The position numbers and the translations under genes were made by a program. A DNA stretch of 49,707 bases from a virus (Duplodnaviria; Caudoviricetes), in IMG/VR virus record IMGVR_UViG_3300027863_000054, positions 1 through 49,707 of that record, one strand, 5' to 3'. Shown piece by piece: positions 46,125-49,707 of the stretch (within the stretch, counting starts at the first letter, position 1; every line of letters begins with the position of its first letter). The notes beneath the pieces were generated by a model. The model was given only the letters and a program-made list of their open reading frames with translations, ran no database searches and was not told the DNA's origin.

Positions 46125-46400
46125 CTATTTTACTTCTTTGCCATCTACAAATATTCTACCATTTCGATAGAGCCAAACCTCTCTACCCTTTTTATCTTTA
46201 TAACCAATAGACTTAACAAAAAACCCGTCTACTTTAAGCGGAGGCTCTATCAAACCTTTTTCCTTTAGATATTTCCCCAATATATCCTGTAAAAGGTCCT
46301 CCGCATCCATCTCTTCTATCTCTTCATCATCCATCTCGTCCTCTTCACTTTCATCTACTCTTCGGATTCTTCGGATTATTGTTTCTAACAGCTTCTTCAT
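46125..46400 (-). CDS. Small acidic leader-bearing protein
   Basis: MKKLLETII...VDES; paralogue of 44926-45186. Confidence 0.75.
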   Translation of the reverse strand: MKKLLETIIRRIRRVDESEEDEMDDEEIEEMDAEDLLQDILGKYLKEKGLIEPPLKVDGFFVKSIGYKDKKGREVWLYRNGRIFVDGKEVK

Positions 46401-46428
46401 ATTTCCTCCTTACTTATCCATAAAACTC

Positions 46429-46509
46429 TTATCTTATTTCCCTGCCATCTACGGTTATTCTACCATCTTGATACAAAATTATTTCTCTACTTTCTAATAG
46501 TTCTCTCAT
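46429..46509 (-). pseudogene. Internally deleted paralogue MRELLESREIILYQDGRITVDGREIR*
   Basis: AAGGAGG SD; leader joined directly to the family C-terminal hairpin. Confidence 0.6.
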
Positions 46510-46524
46510 TATTTTTTCCCTCCT

Positions 46525-47202
46525 TTAGATACCAGTGCTTATTATCCTACCTTTTACTTCTGATACTTTTCTGACTTCTTCTTCGGTAAATTTCTTTGGA
46601 TTTCTTCTACAATAAAAATCTCCTCCTACATACTTCGGTGCTCCCTCTAAAGATGTTAACTTGTTATCAGAACAATAAAAACCTCCTTTTACTCTTTCTG
46701 GTGCTCCCTCTAAAGAAGTTAATTTGTTATCAGAACAATAAAAATCCTTACCTACATATTTAGGTGCTCCCTCTAAAGATGTTAACTTGTTACGAGAACA
46801 ATAAAAATCTCCTCCTACATATTTAGGTGCTCCTTTTAAAGAAGTTAAATTGTTATCAAAACAATAAAAATTTCCTTCTATCCTTTCTGGTACTCCTTCT
46901 AAAGAAGTTAAATTGTTAAAAGAACAATCAAAATCTCCTTCTACATACTTCGGTGCTCCCTCTAAAGATGTTAACCCAGTTTCAGAACAATCAAAATAAC
47001 CTTTTACTTTACCAAATTTAATTAGAAATTTACCATCTCTAATAATACCACTTACATCTTTAATATTCACATCAAAATCATAAGTTCCATCTGGATTCAG
47101 TTTACCGTTATATCTTTCTATAAATCTTTTTAACAATTCTTCCTCTGTAGGTGGCTTAAATATATCTTCCTGCTCTAATAGACTTTCTAATAATTTTTTC
47201 AT
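46525..47202 (-). CDS. Variable LRR protein (6 repeats)
   Basis: Same architecture as paralogues. Confidence 0.88.
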   Translation of the reverse strand: MKKLLESLLEQEDIFKPPTEEELLKRFIERYNGKLNPDGTYDFDVNIKDVSGIIRDGKFLIKFGKVKGYFDCSETGLTSLEGAPKYVEGDFDCSFNNLTSLEGVPERIEGNFYCFDNNLTSLKGAPKYVGGDFYCSRNKLTSLEGAPKYVGKDFYCSDNKLTSLEGAPERVKGGFYCSDNKLTSLEGAPKYVGGDFYCRRNPKKFTEEEVRKVSEVKGRIISTGI

Positions 47203-47840
47203 ACTTCTATTACACCTTTTACTTCTGATACTTTCCTTACATCTTCTTCGGTAAATTTAACTGGATTGTCAAAACAAACAAAATTTCCTCCTACATATTT
47301 AGGTGCTCCCTCTAAAGAAGTTAATTTGTTATGAGAACAATAAAAACCTACTACTACTTTTTCAGGTGCTCCTTCTAAAGAGGTTAAATTGTTATAAGAA
47401 CAATAAAAACTACCACCTACATATTTAGGTGCTCCCTCTAAAGAAGTTAATTTGTTATCAGAACAATTAAAATATCCACCTACTTTTTCTGGAGCACCTT
47501 TTAGAGAAGTTAAATTGTTAAAAGCACAATCAAAATCTCTACCTACATATTTAGGTGCTCCTTTTAAAGTAGTCAATTCATACTTATAACAATCAAAATA
47601 ACCTTTTACTTTACCAAATTTAATTATAAATTTACCATCTACAATAATATCTCCTAAACCAATCCTATCAATATTTCTATCAAAGTCATAACTACCATCT
47701 GGATTTTGTTTACCGTTATATTTTTTCACAAACCTCTCAATTCTATCCTTTTCGAACTCTTTTCTTGCCTGTTCTAATTCTTCCTCTGTAGGTGGTTTAA
47801 ATATATCCTGCTCTAACAAACTTTCTAATAGCTTCTTCAT
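47199..47840 (-). CDS. Variable LRR protein (5 repeats)
   Basis: First gene after portal; caps nearly identical to 41836-42405. Confidence 0.88.
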   Translation of the reverse strand: MKKLLESLLEQDIFKPPTEEELEQARKEFEKDRIERFVKKYNGKQNPDGSYDFDRNIDRIGLGDIIVDGKFIIKFGKVKGYFDCYKYELTTLKGAPKYVGRDFDCAFNNLTSLKGAPEKVGGYFNCSDNKLTSLEGAPKYVGGSFYCSYNNLTSLEGAPEKVVVGFYCSHNKLTSLEGAPKYVGGNFVCFDNPVKFTEEDVRKVSEVKGVIEV

Positions 47841-47852
47841 TTCCCCTTCTTT

Positions 47853-49541
47853 TTAGGCCTTTACTACTTCTACTTTAAGCTTTACCTTCCCATAGACACT
47901 TTCCCAAACCTCTTGGTCTTTTCCAGTAGGTAGAAAAGTCTTTAAGTCTGAGGAAACCCTCTGTGGCTCTGTCCTGTTAAAAGCTTCGTTGATTACATAG
48001 TTTATCCGCTCTATATCTTTCTTATCTATCCCTTCTATCTGCAATGCCTTCTGCTCTACTGCTTTCTTAAACCGCTTTATGTCAAAGTCTCCTAACTTCA
48101 ATATCTTATGATTGAAATAATTCAAAAGCTCCTCTTTGTCTAACCCCTCTTCTCCAATATGCTTAAAGATTAAATCCACAAGTTTATCTACTACATCTAC
48201 ACCCTTATCTAAAGCGTTCTTAAGTTCCTCTTCTTCTGCTGAAGATGTAGTTGCCATATTAACTCTAAAGAGGTTCAAATCAGGTGCCATATTCATATAA
48301 GCCAGATGTATCTGGCAAAGCCTCATAATCCCATCAATTAAAGCCCTCTGAAGCCTTCTGCAAGTCCTTGCAAACCTAATATCCAATCTTTCTAATGCTG
48401 ATTCGCCTAGCCCTGACTTAATCTCTGCTCCATATCCTCCTAAAACCTGTAAAGGCACCCTTAAGGCAGCTGACAGCTGATTCCTTAACTCCTCTATATC
48501 CGTAATCCATTTTATGTCTGCCTCTCCTCCGATTTTCTCTATAGATAAATCATTAGTATCCCCCCAAACCGGTATAACTATATCCTCTATAGAAGATAAA
48601 GGACTAAACTTTGACAAAAACTCCGGGTTGTTCGGGTCTATATCCAAAGCCCTTGCTTTCTTTAAAATCTCATCATACTCGTCAATTATCTCTGAAACTG
48701 CCTCTATATTCTCTCCTGAGACCTTTACTTTGTAGATATATCTTAATATCCCCCTTGAAATCCTTGCCATCAGTAAAGCATCCTCCGCCAATCTTAACCT
48801 CTTCCAGACTGGTAAAGCATTGATAATTATAGGAGTTCCATAAGTCGATTCTATCCTCTTTACATCCGGTGATAATATATTTACACTTCTAAACTCTGAC
48901 CACATCGGGTCTCCGTAATAAGGTCTTTTCCTTTTAACCCCTAATAACTTAAAATGCACATATTCCCAAGGCGGCAATAACTTCTCTATAGTAGTTGACC
49001 CGTATCCTAAAGGCGTCTTATAAAACCCGATTAGCCTACCGTGATAATCCGCTCTTGATATATTTATTGGATGTTCTGAATCATCTATTGTAATTATCCC
49101 AAGTCCCGGCTCTGCAATCACTTTTATAAATAAATCCCCGTAAGTTGCTAAAGTATAAGCCCAGTCAAATATCTTCTCTTCTACATCTATTCTATCTAAT
49201 AACTTATTTAACTCATTTAAATACTTCTGATTCTCTGAAGTAATCCAGACTGAAGCATTATGCAGTTGGTCGTAAGTCGTTGCTGTATCAGCATATACTT
49301 CAAGTGCTGAACCTACCAACCAGTGCTGTATTGCTCTATCACACTCTTTATAGATATTCATCCTCTCAAGATTAATCTGGGTAAGTTTCTCCATTACCTT
49401 ATTTAACTCTCTGGATACTACTCCTATCTTACGAAGCATTTCTTTGTCTTTGTCTGATAGTCCTTGCTTGACTTGTTCGGCGGGAATAAAGGCGGGCTTT
49501 TTTTGAAAGAGTTTACCTAAAATATCTAAAAAATTTGGCAT
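47853..49541 (-). CDS. Portal protein (T4 gp20-like)
   Basis: ALEVYADTAT, TYGDLF, YVHFK, YGTPII..A..VWKRLRLAEDALLMARISR, ALRVP, DIRFARTC.RLQ. Confidence 0.9.
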   Translation of the reverse strand: MPNFLDILGKLFQKKPAFIPAEQVKQGLSDKDKEMLRKIGVVSRELNKVMEKLTQINLERMNIYKECDRAIQHWLVGSALEVYADTATTYDQLHNASVWITSENQKYLNELNKLLDRIDVEEKIFDWAYTLATYGDLFIKVIAEPGLGIITIDDSEHPINISRADYHGRLIGFYKTPLGYGSTTIEKLLPPWEYVHFKLLGVKRKRPYYGDPMWSEFRSVNILSPDVKRIESTYGTPIIINALPVWKRLRLAEDALLMARISRGILRYIYKVKVSGENIEAVSEIIDEYDEILKKARALDIDPNNPEFLSKFSPLSSIEDIVIPVWGDTNDLSIEKIGGEADIKWITDIEELRNQLSAALRVPLQVLGGYGAEIKSGLGESALERLDIRFARTCRRLQRALIDGIMRLCQIHLAYMNMAPDLNLFRVNMATTSSAEEEELKNALDKGVDVVDKLVDLIFKHIGEEGLDKEELLNYFNHKILKLGDFDIKRFKKAVEQKALQIEGIDKKDIERINYVINEAFNRTEPQRVSSDLKTFLPTGKDQEVWESVYGKVKLKVEVVKA

Positions 49542-49577
49542 AATTTTAGACCTCTCTGCCTTTAATAATCATCTCGC

Positions 49578-49612
49578 ATAATATATATACCAAAAACTTC
49601 TCTAGTTTGGAA
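49578..49612 (-). promoter_or_regulatory. Candidate promoter of the structural operon TTCCAA-N16-GTATATATATTAT
   Basis: Ends 36 nt upstream of the portal ATG; matches 36540-36574. Confidence 0.6.
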
Positions 49613-49707
49613 AACCTTTTAAAAATCTTATTGTTCCTACTTGGCACAAAAACTAATTCAATGTTCCACTTGTTGCTTTCTGTGGAACAATTTTAAAATA
49701 AAGGTCG

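Noticed and set aside
39550-47840. 63-bp periodic repeats as a CRISPR array or non-coding repeat
   Set aside because: Units are in frame inside ORFs, show synonymous variation and have no unique spacers
23577-47840. A complete diversity-generating retroelement
   Set aside because: No reverse transcriptase or non-coding template repeat in the window; adenines in framework codons are conserved and several variable codons are not NNY. Kept only as a weak finding.
49652-49689. Inverted repeat TGTTCCAC/GTGGAACA near the window end (49662-49689)
   Set aside because: Short single occurrence with truncated context; cannot assign a function
1-49707. tRNA, rRNA, introns, inteins, transposases, integrase or an alternative genetic code
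   Set aside because: None recognisable by eye; genes translate to full length under the standard code, with TAA, TAG and TGA all used as stops

Overview
The window is the virion morphogenesis region of a large, AT-rich, distantly T4-like contractile-tailed phage. Every credible gene lies on the minus strand, with strong AGGAGG-type Shine-Dalgarno sites and E/K-rich proteins (bacterial host, possibly thermophilic; inference). In transcription order (right to left): portal; ~16 kb of accessory genes; a 1545-aa prohead protease-scaffold fusion; major capsid protein; neck; ~9 kb more accessory genes; tail completion; sheath; two tube-like genes; hub/chaperone; tape-measure-like protein; baseplate (LysM wedge, hub, spike, PAAR, gp25, gp6); tail fibre genes. 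The most striking signal is that about 20 accessory ORFs from unrelated families (plus weaker variants) start with the same 10-residue leader (MKKLLESLLE and variants). It matches the length and pattern of the T4 capsid-targeting sequence (MKTYQEFIAE) and ends in a T4 gp21-type (I/L)-X-E cut site. Putative cargoes include nine mosaic 21-aa leucine-rich-repeat proteins with hypervariable concave-face residues, a nucleotidyltransferase, an ATP-grasp enzyme and small unknown domains. The protease and two other large acidic proteins look like polyproteins of domains joined by the same cut sites. This suggests a protease-matured, capsid-packaged effector library that is being shuffled by recombination (hypothesis). 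All functional calls come from motif recognition and synteny; no database searches were run.
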